Made by a program: the position numbers and the translations under genes
Assembly: GCA_964456855.1 (NCBI GenBank)
Contig: CAYWCU010000001.1
Span: forward strand, 8,442-72,441
Length of the DNA stretch: 64,000 bases
DNA from: an uncultured Candidatus Saccharibacteria bacterium
GTDB lineage: Bacteria; Patescibacteriota; Minisyncoccia; UBA9983
Reading direction: 5' to 3'
Notes under the pieces: generated by a model
Seen by the model: the letters and a program-made list of their open reading frames with translations, nothing else
Database searches by the model: none
Told to the model about the DNA's origin: nothing
Part shown: piece by piece, positions 11,519 through 20,432 of the stretch
Layout: every line of letters starts with the position of its first letter
How positions within the stretch are numbered: the first letter of the stretch is position 1

Positions 11519-12355
11519 TTATTTCATTTTTCCCAATACTTCAACCGCCTTCATAAACTGGCGGTCCTTCGGGGTTGCGGTCAACCCCGGAAACATTTTC
11601 CGGTTGTCTCGGACATAATAGTCCGGTTCAATACCGACTTTATGCCACGCCAACCGGCCGTTGCCAGCGAAAATTTCGGAAATGGTCAGCCTTAAGCCTG
11701 ACCCATCCGACAAGGAGTGGCGCTTTTGCGACACCCCTTTGCCGTATGTTTTTTCGCCGACCACCGGGAAACCCCATTGTTGGAGAATCCCGGCGAACAA
11801 CTCGCTCGCCGAGGCTGACCATTCATTAACCAGAACGGCCAATTTCCCTGGCCGAGCCTTATTGAATATATTCTCGCCACAACCGCGAATATCACCCATT
11901 CGCGTTATTTTTTCCTCATCTTTGTATCTTTGCGTAAGGAGGATATCCTCCTTACGAATATTCTGGAAAAGGACCGCCGTTTCCAGACAGAGGTCAAGAA
12001 AGCCTCCTCCATTGTCTCTCAAGTCAAGGACAACAGAACTTTCTGAGCGAACCGCCAACTTAACGGCCGCCTTTACCTCGTTCAAGGCGAGGTAGGAGAG
12101 AAAATTTTTCAAAGAGATGTAGAAAATTCCCTCTCCAAAAGAAACTCTCACCTTTTGCTCCTCTGGCAAGGGATTAAATAAAGGGTCTTCGCCCTTAAAA
12201 AAATACATCCAGGGATCAAAGTTTCCTGAATCCCTGGTCCCCTTCTTTTTCTGGAGCATTGTTTTTAAATGCTCCCTATGTTTCTCGGGGCAGTATTCAT
12301 ACCACCCCTCATTTTTTATAATCTCTTCCACTTCCTCCAGAATTTTATCGTCCAT
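11519..12355 (-). CDS. S41-family peptidase (C-terminal processing protease-like)
   Basis: LDLRDNGGGFLDLC and SASASELFAGILQQWGFPVVGEKTYGKG motifs. Confidence 0.75.
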   Translation of the reverse strand: MDDKILEEVEEIIKNEGWYEYCPEKHREHLKTMLQKKKGTRDSGNFDPWMYFFKGEDPLFNPLPEEQKVRVSFGEGIFYISLKNFLSYLALNEVKAAVKLAVRSESSVVLDLRDNGGGFLDLCLETAVLFQNIRKEDILLTQRYKDEEKITRMGDIRGCGENIFNKARPGKLAVLVNEWSASASELFAGILQQWGFPVVGEKTYGKGVSQKRHSLSDGSGLRLTISEIFAGNGRLAWHKVGIEPDYYVRDNRKMFPGLTATPKDRQFMKAVEVLGKMK

Positions 12356-12412
12356 TTCGGACCTCCTTTATTTGTTTTAAATTTATTTAAATGTCAAAAA
12401 GCTCTGCTTTAA

Positions 12413-12440
12413 TGTGTAGCACAAAACACCGAAAAGTCAA
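12413..12440 (-). promoter_or_regulatory. conserved upstream motif (minus strand TTGACTTTT-N-TTTTGTGCYACAC), candidate promoter of the S41 peptidase gene
   Basis: 27 of 34 positions are identical to a motif at 18473-18499; both lie about 58-60 nt upstream of a minus-strand start codon. Confidence 0.3.
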
Positions 12441-14504
12441 CTAAAATTTGATTCTATCTCCCGGCTTGAGAACGCCCGACTTCAGAGGATTTTGCTCCCC
12501 ATTGGAAGTTTTGTCGGTTTTTTTTTCTTCCGTGGCACTAACGGAGTTGCTGTTTTTCATTTTTTCCTCAACGCCTTTTGCCTCCTCGTCCGAATCCGGC
12601 TTGCTTGGAAGCGGCTTCCCAAGAATGTCTTCCAAAGCGGAGCGTAAATCATTTACTCCAGGCTTCGCCTTTTTTTCATCTTGAAGGTCTTTAAGACTGA
12701 TTTTAGCGGGAGCGGAAACTGGAGACGGAACGGGTGTTTTCGCGAGGGTATCTTCGCGCGAGCGAGTTGATGGCTCCCAAACTTTCTTCTCTTCTCTTTG
12801 TCCTGCCACCCGTTCCGCGCGCTGACGAGTTGACGGCTCACGGACTTCCCCCTCTTCTCTCTGCTTCGCTGGTCGTCCCGCAGATTGCTCTACGCGTGGC
12901 GATGGTTTCCGCCACTTGCCGTCCACTCGTTCAAGGCGTCCCGAAGGTTTATTTCGTCCTCCGACAGTAAAAGAAGGTGTCTCGCGAACCGCGGGTGGCT
13001 TCTCTTGCTTTGAGATTTCAGACGCTGCGTCCCGATGGGCTTTGCAAAAAATCGGTCGCTTTTCATCCGGCTTGAACGGAACATACGTCTTTTTCTGGCA
13101 GACGGAACAAAAAGCTTCATACAGCTGCGGTTGCTGGGGTTTATCCTCGCTTTCTTCCCGAGAAGTTTGAGAAGAATTCCCTTCCTTTTTTTCCTCACCT
13201 CGAGAAGACCTCTCGGGGATAAAATCATTGCTGTGCCATTTGATAATTTCCTCTTCAATGGTCGCTTTCTCAGTGGCGTATTTTCCGCGAGAACTTGTTA
13301 TGATTTCTTCCCTGTGGGACATTTCTGAAATTTTTATCGGAGGAAGCGTGGTAGCTGAAAAAGGTCTGGACGCCACTCCATCTATCATCAATTTCAAATA
13401 AATACTGGCAAAACCCAAATTAACAATGTCCTGCACGTAAAATTGCGGAGCGAATTCTTTTTCCAAAAACTCAGCATCCGTCGCGCCGACCCTGAAACTA
13501 ACCATGGTTCCAACATTGCCGAAAACGGCGTCATTGACTCTTTCGTCCATCTGGGCGATGTATTGGTGAGCAAGTATCAGGTTGAGTCGGTATTTTCTGG
13601 CCTCAGACAAAATGTCGGCGAAAGATTCACTCGCGAAGTTTTGGAATTCATCAACATAAAGATAAAAATCCTCGCGCCGCTCTTCCGGAACATCAACGCG
13701 ACTCATTGCCGACAAGTAAATCTTGGTAATGAGCATCTGCCCAATGAGCCGCGAATTTTCTTCGCCAATTCTTCCTTTGGAAAGATTCATTATTAAAATT
13801 TTCTTCTTATCCATAACTTCGCGAATGTCAAAAGCGGATTTCGGCTGCCCGATAATGTTTCTGATAAGCGGATTGGAAACGAACTGACCAACTTTATTCT
13901 GGATGGCGGCGGTCGCCTCGGTGGCAAACTTGTCAGTGTATTTGGCGAATTCATCCGTCCAAAACGCTTTAACCACCGGGTCGGTAATTTTTGAAACCAC
14001 CTCCTTTCGGTAATTTTTGTCGGCAAACATTCGGTTAATTCCAAGAAGGGTTGAATTGGGATATTCAAGCAATGCCAAAATGGCATTGCTCAAAATATAC
14101 TCCATCCTCGCGGACCAAGCATCAACCCAAATCTTTTTGAAAACCCCAAGAAGTCCGGCGGAAACAAGATGCCGCTGGGTAGGGTCAACATTTTCCATCA
14201 CATTGAACGCGATGGGCCAATCAATATCATGCGGAGCGAAATAGACAACATCCTCAACGCGCTCTTTTGGAATAAAATCAAGCATTTTCTCAGCAAATTC
14301 GCCGTGCGGATCAATGATGGCAATTCCTTCCCCATTCTCAATATCCTGAATGGCCATATTTTCCAAGAGGGTTGTTTTTCCCATTCCAGTCTTACCGATG
14401 ATGTACATATGCTTGCTACGGTCCCTTCTTTTAATACCAAAACGCCTCCGCTCGTTGCGAAAATTAGTCTCGGCAAAATAAGTGATATTGTTCTCGTCCA
14501 TCAT
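12441..14504 (-). CDS. VirD4/TraG/TraD-like type IV secretion coupling-protein-family P-loop ATPase with C-terminal low-complexity tail and zinc ribbon
   Basis: Walker A IIGKTGMGKTT. Walker B/DE box FYLYVDEFQNF. Coupling-protein-like LILAHQYIAQM. The C-terminal 250 aa are K/E/R/P-rich with a 22-aa tandem repeat and a CSVCQK-x17-CKAH zinc ribbon. Confidence 0.6.
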   Translation of the reverse strand: MMDENNITYFAETNFRNERRRFGIKRRDRSKHMYIIGKTGMGKTTLLENMAIQDIENGEGIAIIDPHGEFAEKMLDFIPKERVEDVVYFAPHDIDWPIAFNVMENVDPTQRHLVSAGLLGVFKKIWVDAWSARMEYILSNAILALLEYPNSTLLGINRMFADKNYRKEVVSKITDPVVKAFWTDEFAKYTDKFATEATAAIQNKVGQFVSNPLIRNIIGQPKSAFDIREVMDKKKILIMNLSKGRIGEENSRLIGQMLITKIYLSAMSRVDVPEERREDFYLYVDEFQNFASESFADILSEARKYRLNLILAHQYIAQMDERVNDAVFGNVGTMVSFRVGATDAEFLEKEFAPQFYVQDIVNLGFASIYLKLMIDGVASRPFSATTLPPIKISEMSHREEIITSSRGKYATEKATIEEEIIKWHSNDFIPERSSRGEEKKEGNSSQTSREESEDKPQQPQLYEAFCSVCQKKTYVPFKPDEKRPIFCKAHRDAASEISKQEKPPAVRETPSFTVGGRNKPSGRLERVDGKWRKPSPRVEQSAGRPAKQREEGEVREPSTRQRAERVAGQREEKKVWEPSTRSREDTLAKTPVPSPVSAPAKISLKDLQDEKKAKPGVNDLRSALEDILGKPLPSKPDSDEEAKGVEEKMKNSNSVSATEEKKTDKTSNGEQNPLKSGVLKPGDRIKF

Positions 14505-14540
14505 TCTATAATACCCGACTTACCCAAAAAGAAAAAGGCT

Positions 14541-15737
14541 TTAACGGGCTTTTTCCAACGCATCCACACTGTATCTGTTGGAGGGGCTCCATAGCATCCA
14601 AGAATTCAGTCCGGCATCATAAACGGCCTTTTTCTGAGCGCGAACCATTGCCGGCGTGTATTCTACAGGGTAATTGAAATCCTGAAGCCACGGGCGCAAT
14701 TTAAGGGGACTGGAACTCGCAGCGACAAGACGTTTCACTCCCTCATCCATTGAAAACTTTACGATTTCGTAAGGATAAGCGTTGACATTTTTGTATCCGT
14801 GAAATCCTCTCGGGTAATGAGATGGGTAAACCATCGGGTCAATATAATCAAAGTAAGGAATCGCATATTCCAACAACTGCCCTATATTCAAATCGTCCTT
14901 GTTGGTCATTGACATACCGAACAGGTCGGCCGAAAGAACCACATTCGTGTCCTTGAGTCCTTTTTTAAGATAAGCGAAAAAATCCCTGAGAACTTTCGCT
15001 TTTCCAAACGCCGGATCAGCAACAAGTCTCTTGTTGCTGAAAGGAAAATAAATATTCCTCATATTTCCGTCGGAAGGAAAACGAATATAATCAAAATTCA
15101 ACTCATCAAAACCGAGGGAGTAAGAAGCCTTTGAAAGAGCAACGATGTATTTCCAGTAATCTTTCGCCCCGACATCTATAAAACTCAGCCCTTTGTAGTC
15201 CTTCCAAACTGAAATTTTATCCGCCTTCTTAACGGCAAGATCGGGACGCAACTTGGCATAATAAGGGTCCTGAAAAACGGTAATCCTTCCAATGGTGTAA
15301 ATACCCTCTTTATGTAATCGTCCTATAAAATCTCTCATACTGGAAGCGATACAGCCTTTGCCGTTCGTTCCTTTCAACGCCGGATTATCCGAAGGAAAAG
15401 AAATCGTCCCGGTATAGTCTTTGATATCAATGATGATTGAATTTATTTCTGTTTCATTGACCAGTTTAAGAAGCTTGGCTCGCAAACTGGGAGTGGCGGC
15501 CACACACGCCGTCATATAAATCGCTTTAACCTGTTTGGGGGTTTTAATATGTGTTACGACAAAAACCTTTTTTTTAGGAAGGTGAATCATTATCGCCGAT
15601 TCCGCATTGGCGGATTCCTTTGAATAATTAAAACCAGGAGAACTGAAAAACATGTTCATCCCCAAAAAAAGGAAACCGGCCACCAATACTGAAACGGCCG
15701 GCCAAAAAAACATTTTTTTAGCGAATAAGACTTTCAT
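14541..15737 (-). CDS. secreted putative glycoside-hydrolase-like TIM-barrel protein (DUF4015/GHL-like)
   Basis: N-terminal TM/signal; long conserved core (IIIDIKDYTG..., FDELNFDYIRFPSDG) reminiscent of GHL family proteins. Product assignment is tentative. Confidence 0.4.
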   Translation of the reverse strand: MKVLFAKKMFFWPAVSVLVAGFLFLGMNMFFSSPGFNYSKESANAESAIMIHLPKKKVFVVTHIKTPKQVKAIYMTACVAATPSLRAKLLKLVNETEINSIIIDIKDYTGTISFPSDNPALKGTNGKGCIASSMRDFIGRLHKEGIYTIGRITVFQDPYYAKLRPDLAVKKADKISVWKDYKGLSFIDVGAKDYWKYIVALSKASYSLGFDELNFDYIRFPSDGNMRNIYFPFSNKRLVADPAFGKAKVLRDFFAYLKKGLKDTNVVLSADLFGMSMTNKDDLNIGQLLEYAIPYFDYIDPMVYPSHYPRGFHGYKNVNAYPYEIVKFSMDEGVKRLVAASSSPLKLRPWLQDFNYPVEYTPAMVRAQKKAVYDAGLNSWMLWSPSNRYSVDALEKAR

Positions 15738-15738
15738 C

Positions 15739-16038
15739 TTAAATTATCCGCTCCCTCTCTTCAGTGGGAACAGAAAGCTTCTCTTTTTCTTTGGATACCC
15801 TTTTATCGGCCGCGCAACTCGCGCCTTTCCAAAAAGAAAGAAAAGCGATGAGAAGACCCGTGATAATCATCAATATAACCCTAGTGTTAAAAGGCAAACC
15901 CAAAAAAGCCAAGAATACTATCCAGATTCCCAATATTCCATTTATCCAATCTTTCCACATAGTCAATTGGCGCAAACTATGACTGCTCGCATTTTGAGTT
16001 GAATAAGCACAGAACGCGGATTCATCATAAACGCCCAT
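15739..16038 (-). CDS. small membrane protein (2 TM helices)
   Basis: The ORF's first codon is TTG at 16068; the first ATG is at 16038. It abuts the downstream GH-like gene by 1 nt. Confidence 0.35.
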   Translation of the reverse strand: MGVYDESAFCAYSTQNASSHSLRQLTMWKDWINGILGIWIVFLAFLGLPFNTRVILMIITGLLIAFLSFWKGASCAADKRVSKEKEKLSVPTEERERII

Positions 16039-16101
16039 TAGGTTTATAAACTTCGCAAGCTCTCGCAAAAATCATCATATTTTGTCTTGCCGAGCATATT
16101 T

Positions 16102-17028
16102 TTATTGTAGCACAATAATCTCCTCCTTCAAGTTTATACTGAATTTTTCACCAACCTTGCGTTTACAAATTTCAATCAATTCCAAAACATCGCCGGCTTT
16201 GGCGTCGCCAGTGTTGATAATAAAATTAGCGTGTTCTTCGGCTATCTTCGCCCCGCCGATTTGTTTGCCTTTTAATCCGCAGTCTTCTATTAAAAACCCG
16301 GTGGCAAGCTTTCCTCCCTTGATTTTTTCCGCCGGAATAAGCTCTAAAAAGTCTTTTTTGTTTTTTAACTCATCAATCTCAATATTTTTAAAAATACTCC
16401 CGGCGGAAGGATGTGCTGGAAGTTTTCCGCGCCGTTTTTTTAAAATATCGCTTATCGCTTCCCCGCTCTTTCGCTTCTCTCCTTTTTCAAGCGAGAACTC
16501 AACTTCCAGAATAATATCGTGATTGTCCTGATTCTTAAATTTGCTTCCACGGTAAACAAATTCGCAATCCTTGTTTGAGTATTTCTTCACCTCCCCGCTT
16601 TCGGTCAAAACTTCCACACTTTTCACAAACTCAGACATTGAATGACCATAAGCGCCGGCATTGCCCGTCACCGCCCCTCCGACGGTCCCGGGAATGCCCA
16701 CTCCCCATTCCAATCCGGACAGCCCGCAATCAATGGATCTTATTATCAACTGACCGAACAAAACACCCGCGCCCGCCAACATATTCAAGCCGTTCGCTTT
16801 AATCTTTATGTCTTTGATTTGAATAACCACTCCATTATATCCTTCGTCAGAAAATAATATATTGCTCCCTCCCCCAAGAATGAAAAATGGCAAGCCTTTT
16901 TCCTTGGCAAAATTTTTCGCTTCCAATAATTCCTCCCTTGATCCTGCAACGACAAAATACCTTGCCGCCCCGCCGATTCTAAAGGTGGAATGATTCGCCA
17001 ATATTTCATTTTCTTTTATTTCCAACAT
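16102..17028 (-). CDS. murB: UDP-N-acetylenolpyruvoylglucosamine reductase MurB
   Basis: FAD-binding N-terminus FRIGGAARYFVVAGSREELLEA...GLPFFILGGGSNILF; typical length. Confidence 0.85.
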   Translation of the reverse strand: MLEIKENEILANHSTFRIGGAARYFVVAGSREELLEAKNFAKEKGLPFFILGGGSNILFSDEGYNGVVIQIKDIKIKANGLNMLAGAGVLFGQLIIRSIDCGLSGLEWGVGIPGTVGGAVTGNAGAYGHSMSEFVKSVEVLTESGEVKKYSNKDCEFVYRGSKFKNQDNHDIILEVEFSLEKGEKRKSGEAISDILKKRRGKLPAHPSAGSIFKNIEIDELKNKKDFLELIPAEKIKGGKLATGFLIEDCGLKGKQIGGAKIAEEHANFIINTGDAKAGDVLELIEICKRKVGEKFSINLKEEIIVLQ

Positions 17029-17032
17029 CAGG

Positions 17033-17106
17033 TGGGCGTATCCCGACTCGAACGGGAGACCTCTACAATGTCAATGTAGCGCTCTAACCAACTGAGCTAT
17101 ACGCCC
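17033..17106 (-). tRNA. tRNA-Val (anticodon GAC)
   Basis: Minus-strand reading gggcgta...anticodon loop ttGACat...T-arm ggttcgagtcc...tacgccc. Confidence 0.8.
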
Positions 17107-17258
17107 TTCCTTTTTAAAAATTCAAACCCCTCCAGCCTCCGTAAATAATACCATTTTTTTTATTTTTTAGCACACCAAAGGGATATTCGGCAATCTTTTT
17201 CAATTCCCGAAATTGTGAATCGGCGGTGAGATTGTAACCTTTGCGCGAAAGTTTCATT

Positions 17259-17344
17259 TGGCGGAGGGTACAGGACTCGAACCTGTAAGGGATTGCTCCC
17301 GCCGGTTTTCGAAACCGGTGCCTTACCATTCGGCGCAACCCTCC
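17259..17344 (-). tRNA. tRNA-Ser (anticodon CGA), long variable arm, CCA encoded
   Basis: Minus-strand ggagggt...anticodon loop ttCGAaa...long variable arm...ggttcgagtcc...accctcc-g-cca. Confidence 0.8.
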
Positions 17345-17480
17345 AATTTTAGGCCCATTCGGCACAATACGCTGATTATATATCAAAAGAGCGGGTTTGA
17401 AAACCGAAAAACCCTTAACAAATGATTTTTTGGTGCTATAATGACGGCAGAAAAACAAGTCATCTTTAAGGAGGAATGAA

Positions 17481-17894
17481 ATGAAAAAAGAATTCAACGC
17501 CTGGGATTATGATGTGTACTCGGGCATTCTGGATGCGATAAAGACATTCAAGGTTTATGTGGGAATGTTGGATGCTCGCACTCAAGACGGAAAGGAAGGG
17601 TACCTTTGGATATTGAGAGAGTATGGAAAGCTCGGTCGCGCCGGAGAAATCTCCGTTTCCGAAGGAGACCACCTTGTCATTTATGGCAAGGACGGAAGCG
17701 TTATTTTCGACGAAACCATCCGCCCCGAACCGCCAATCGGCGCCGAAACTTACAGCTATATTTGCATCCACTGGACGCAGAAAGGGGTTTCCGCCGAGAA
17801 ATGGGCAGACTTCTTCATCCGCCCTGACGGAGAAACTCCCTACCGAGCGGTTCTTCTGAAAAGAAAAAAAGTAGGCGCAAAACAAGGGACGTGA
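17481..17894 (+). CDS. hypothetical protein (137 aa)
   Basis: Strong SD AAGGAGG 6 nt upstream of the ATG; TGA stop followed by a terminator. Confidence 0.5.
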   Translation: MKKEFNAWDYDVYSGILDAIKTFKVYVGMLDARTQDGKEGYLWILREYGKLGRAGEISVSEGDHLVIYGKDGSVIFDETIRPEPPIGAETYSYICIHWTQKGVSAEKWADFFIRPDGETPYRAVLLKRKKVGAKQGT

Positions 17895-17907
17895 AATTTC
17901 ACGTCCC
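17886..17907. terminator. rho-independent terminator (perfect 9-bp stem gggacgtga/tcacgtccc + T-run)
   Basis: gggacgtgaaatttcacgtccc ttttaac, between convergent genes. Confidence 0.6.
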
Positions 17908-17921
17908 TTTTAACTTCTTAC

Positions 17922-18413
17922 TTATCCTTTATCTTTGAGTTCTTGAGAGAGCTCAACGGACACAGCTATGTCCGTCTTGAGGCCTAACTCCTGCCTCAGG
18001 CCGTTCAAAACCATTATCACCTCAATAAAACGGTTTTGAATTTTCTCCCAGATGCCACCACGGGTGGCTAATCTGGCGATTATCAACTTTTCAATCGCCA
18101 GATAATCGCTCAGTCCGATTGCCCGGCGATTATAGAGGTTGGAGAGCCTCTCTGGGAAAAATCCCAAGAGAATAAGGAGGCTTCTAGCCGTTTCCTCCAA
18201 CCATTCTGGGTCTGTCTCAAAGACGGACATGACCATCAACTGATTCTCAAGCACAGTGGCCAGCTGTGCTTGATCCGAGCTCATATATAAAACCATGAGC
18301 TCGGCGAGGAATATTGCTACCCCCTCCTCATAAAATCCTATTTTTCCCATCTTCCGGGCGACCAGCCCAGAGAAAAATTTTTTCACTTCTTTTTCTTCAA
18401 TAATTTTTCCCAT
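17922..18413 (-). CDS. hypothetical protein (163 aa)
   Basis: ORF with an ATG start; alpha-helical. Confidence 0.45.
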   Translation of the reverse strand: MGKIIEEKEVKKFFSGLVARKMGKIGFYEEGVAIFLAELMVLYMSSDQAQLATVLENQLMVMSVFETDPEWLEETARSLLILLGFFPERLSNLYNRRAIGLSDYLAIEKLIIARLATRGGIWEKIQNRFIEVIMVLNGLRQELGLKTDIAVSVELSQELKDKG

Positions 18414-18472
18414 TTTGTCCTCCTTTTGGAAATTTGTTATTTAAAGATTTTTTAAATTGCGATTCTGATTTA

Positions 18473-18499
18473 AGTGTGGCACAAAAAAAGAAAAAGTCA
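18473..18499 (-). promoter_or_regulatory. second copy of the conserved TTGACTTTT...TTTTGTGCCACAC upstream motif
   Basis: Lies 60 nt upstream of the 17922-18413 gene start; see 12413-12440. Confidence 0.3.
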
Positions 18500-18568
18500 A
18501 GGTTTTTTCGCGCGGCAAACGCGCCCCCCGTGGATTTTTATAAGAAAATATGCTAAAAATAAAACATT

Positions 18569-18640
18569 GCCGGATCGTCTAATGGCAGGACACATGCCTC
18601 TGGAGCATGGTATCTAGGTTCGAGTCCTAGTCCGGCAGCA
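18569..18640 (+). tRNA. tRNA-Gln (anticodon CTG), putative
   Basis: gccggat...anticodon stem catgc / loop ctCTGga / gcatg...T-arm ctaggttcgagtcctag...tccggc-a. No CCA encoded and slightly irregular D-arm. Confidence 0.6.
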
Positions 18641-18756
18641 TTGAGCAAAGCGAGATGGTGGCGGGTTAGGACTTGAACCGTAGGCGCCTATTTTAAAAGA
18701 AGCGAAGCGATTATTAAAATAGCGCGTTTCGGAGCCCCGCCATGCGGGGAGAGAGG

Positions 18757-18776
18757 CGAGTCCTAGTCCGGCAGCA
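18757..18776 (+). repeat. exact 20-nt direct repeat of the tRNA-Gln 3-prime end (cgagtcctagtccggcagca), att-like
   Basis: Identical to 18621-18640; 136 nt separate the two copies. Confidence 0.7.
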
Positions 18777-18985
18777 AAATGGAGCGCGGTTATTGCGCAC
18801 GAGGGGCGTCAATGCCCGTGCGATTTGTTTTATCCAAAATAATATAGTCTACCGAGCGTAGCATCTAGAACAAAAAATCATCTGATTTGAGTTTTTTGAT
18901 TCTAGGTGCTAATATTGATAAACATCAAGATTAGTTAATGCTCTATGCGTGATAGTATCAAAACAATATAAGTTAAAGAAAAAAT

Positions 18986-19519
18986 ATGAGAATTACATAC
19001 ATACAAACGGGGGGCACAATTGATAAAGATTACCCCCGCGGGGAAACCAGTCATGGTTATGAATTTAAAATTACAGATCCGGCTGTAGAGGATATTATTC
19101 CAAAAATGAACGCGTTATTTGATTATGATATAATGTCGGTTCTCAAGAAAGACAGCTTGGACATTACTGATAATGATAGGGAAAAAATATACAAGGCGGT
19201 TAAAGGGGTAAATAATGATAAAATTATAATAACACACGGAACAGATACTATTTTAGAGACCGCAAAAAAATTATCTAAATTAAAAGATAAAGTGATTATT
19301 TTAACGGGAGCAATGTTACCGAACAAATTTACAACATCAGATGCTAGATTTAATATTGGCATGGCAACAGCTGCTGTGCAGATATTGGCCCCTGGAGTTT
19401 ACATCGCTCTTTATGGAAATGTGGTCCCATGGAATAAGTTTTCAAAAATACAAAAACAATTTAACGAAATGGACAAGATATCTATATTGCCAGGTTTCGG
19501 AACCGATAAGGAGGACTAA
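18986..19519 (+). CDS. L-asparaginase N-terminal-domain protein (truncated type-I asparaginase/GatD-like, 177 aa)
   Basis: Catalytic motifs TGGTI and HGTDT; lacks the C-terminal domain; sits in a conspicuously AT-rich stretch. Confidence 0.6.
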   Translation: MRITYIQTGGTIDKDYPRGETSHGYEFKITDPAVEDIIPKMNALFDYDIMSVLKKDSLDITDNDREKIYKAVKGVNNDKIIITHGTDTILETAKKLSKLKDKVIILTGAMLPNKFTTSDARFNIGMATAAVQILAPGVYIALYGNVVPWNKFSKIQKQFNEMDKISILPGFGTDKED

Positions 19520-19683
19520 AATTAAAAACGTTGCAGAACGATTGTATAATGCTATTGATTTAACGGCGCAATTTATTTTGAAAATTGACGAGAGAAGGCG
19601 CTTTTGCGCGCCTTAAATACAAGAATAGTTAAGCGGGAAAAACAACTTGCTGGCTTTGGTTCTGTATACTATAGTTAATATAT

Positions 19684-20190
19684 ATGGAGAACATTATTAT
19701 ATTAGGCATTATCCTCACTATCGCCGGATATATTATCCCATTATTTTTTAAAAAAGGCGGGAGAAGAAAAACTAAAAGAGAAAAAGAGGAATGGTTCCCG
19801 TACATGAAAAAGTCTTTTCTGCTTACCCGCGCAGAACATCAGTTTTTTAAAATTCTTGAACGAGCGGTGGGAGGTCAATATTATATTTTTCCCCAACTCG
19901 CTCCCGATAAAATAGTCCTCCTTAAAGGAAAGGGTTCTTTTAAGAGAGGGTATAGAAATAAGATTAGTAAAAAATCAGTGGATTTTGTTCTTTTTGACAA
20001 ACAAAACATCTCCCCCATTCTTGTTATTGAGCTGGATGACCCCACTCACCAAAGACCGGACAGAAAGGCGCGAGATAGCTTTTTAGATAAAGTATTGAAT
20101 CGTTGTGATATCCCAATTCTTCACACTCACTCAACCTTTAATGAGGAAGAGCTAAAAGCGCAGATTGAGGAAAAAATAAAAAATTTATAA
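19684..20190 (+). CDS. membrane-anchored DUF2726-like (restriction-endonuclease-fold) protein
   Basis: N-terminal TM helix; core EHQFFKILERA...YYIFPQ...VDFVLFD...ILVIELDD resembles DUF2726 / PD-(D/E)xK-like proteins. Tentative. Confidence 0.45.
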   Translation: MENIIILGIILTIAGYIIPLFFKKGGRRKTKREKEEWFPYMKKSFLLTRAEHQFFKILERAVGGQYYIFPQLAPDKIVLLKGKGSFKRGYRNKISKKSVDFVLFDKQNISPILVIELDDPTHQRPDRKARDSFLDKVLNRCDIPILHTHSTFNEEELKAQIEEKIKNL

Positions 20191-20432
20191 ATTTCCCAAA
20201 GTTTTTTAAATTTCAAATTTCCAGCCAACAACTCATCCAAAAAAGCGGAGTTGCCAAAACTTAATTGGTATCCAGAATGGATTAAATATAATTAAGAACC
20301 CTTACAAATAAGTAATCTTGATGGTTCTAATAAATCAAAAAAGAGTTTCCGGTCATGAGCCGAAGACCACTGTGCGGCATTTTTTCAAATTCGGCGCTAC
20401 CCAAAATCCGCTTATTAGGTTAAAATAAAGAA

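Noticed and set aside
17114-17497. 127-aa ORF on the minus strand
   Set aside because: It is entirely overlapped by the tRNA-Val and tRNA-Ser genes and their spacer. It is a spurious ORF across a structural RNA region.
18650-18745. Possible second tRNA on the minus strand ending ...cccgccacca
   Set aside because: The acceptor pairs (ggcggg/cccgcc) but no consistent D-arm, anticodon arm or T-arm could be folded. It is treated as a degenerate tRNA fragment within the att-like region rather than a gene.
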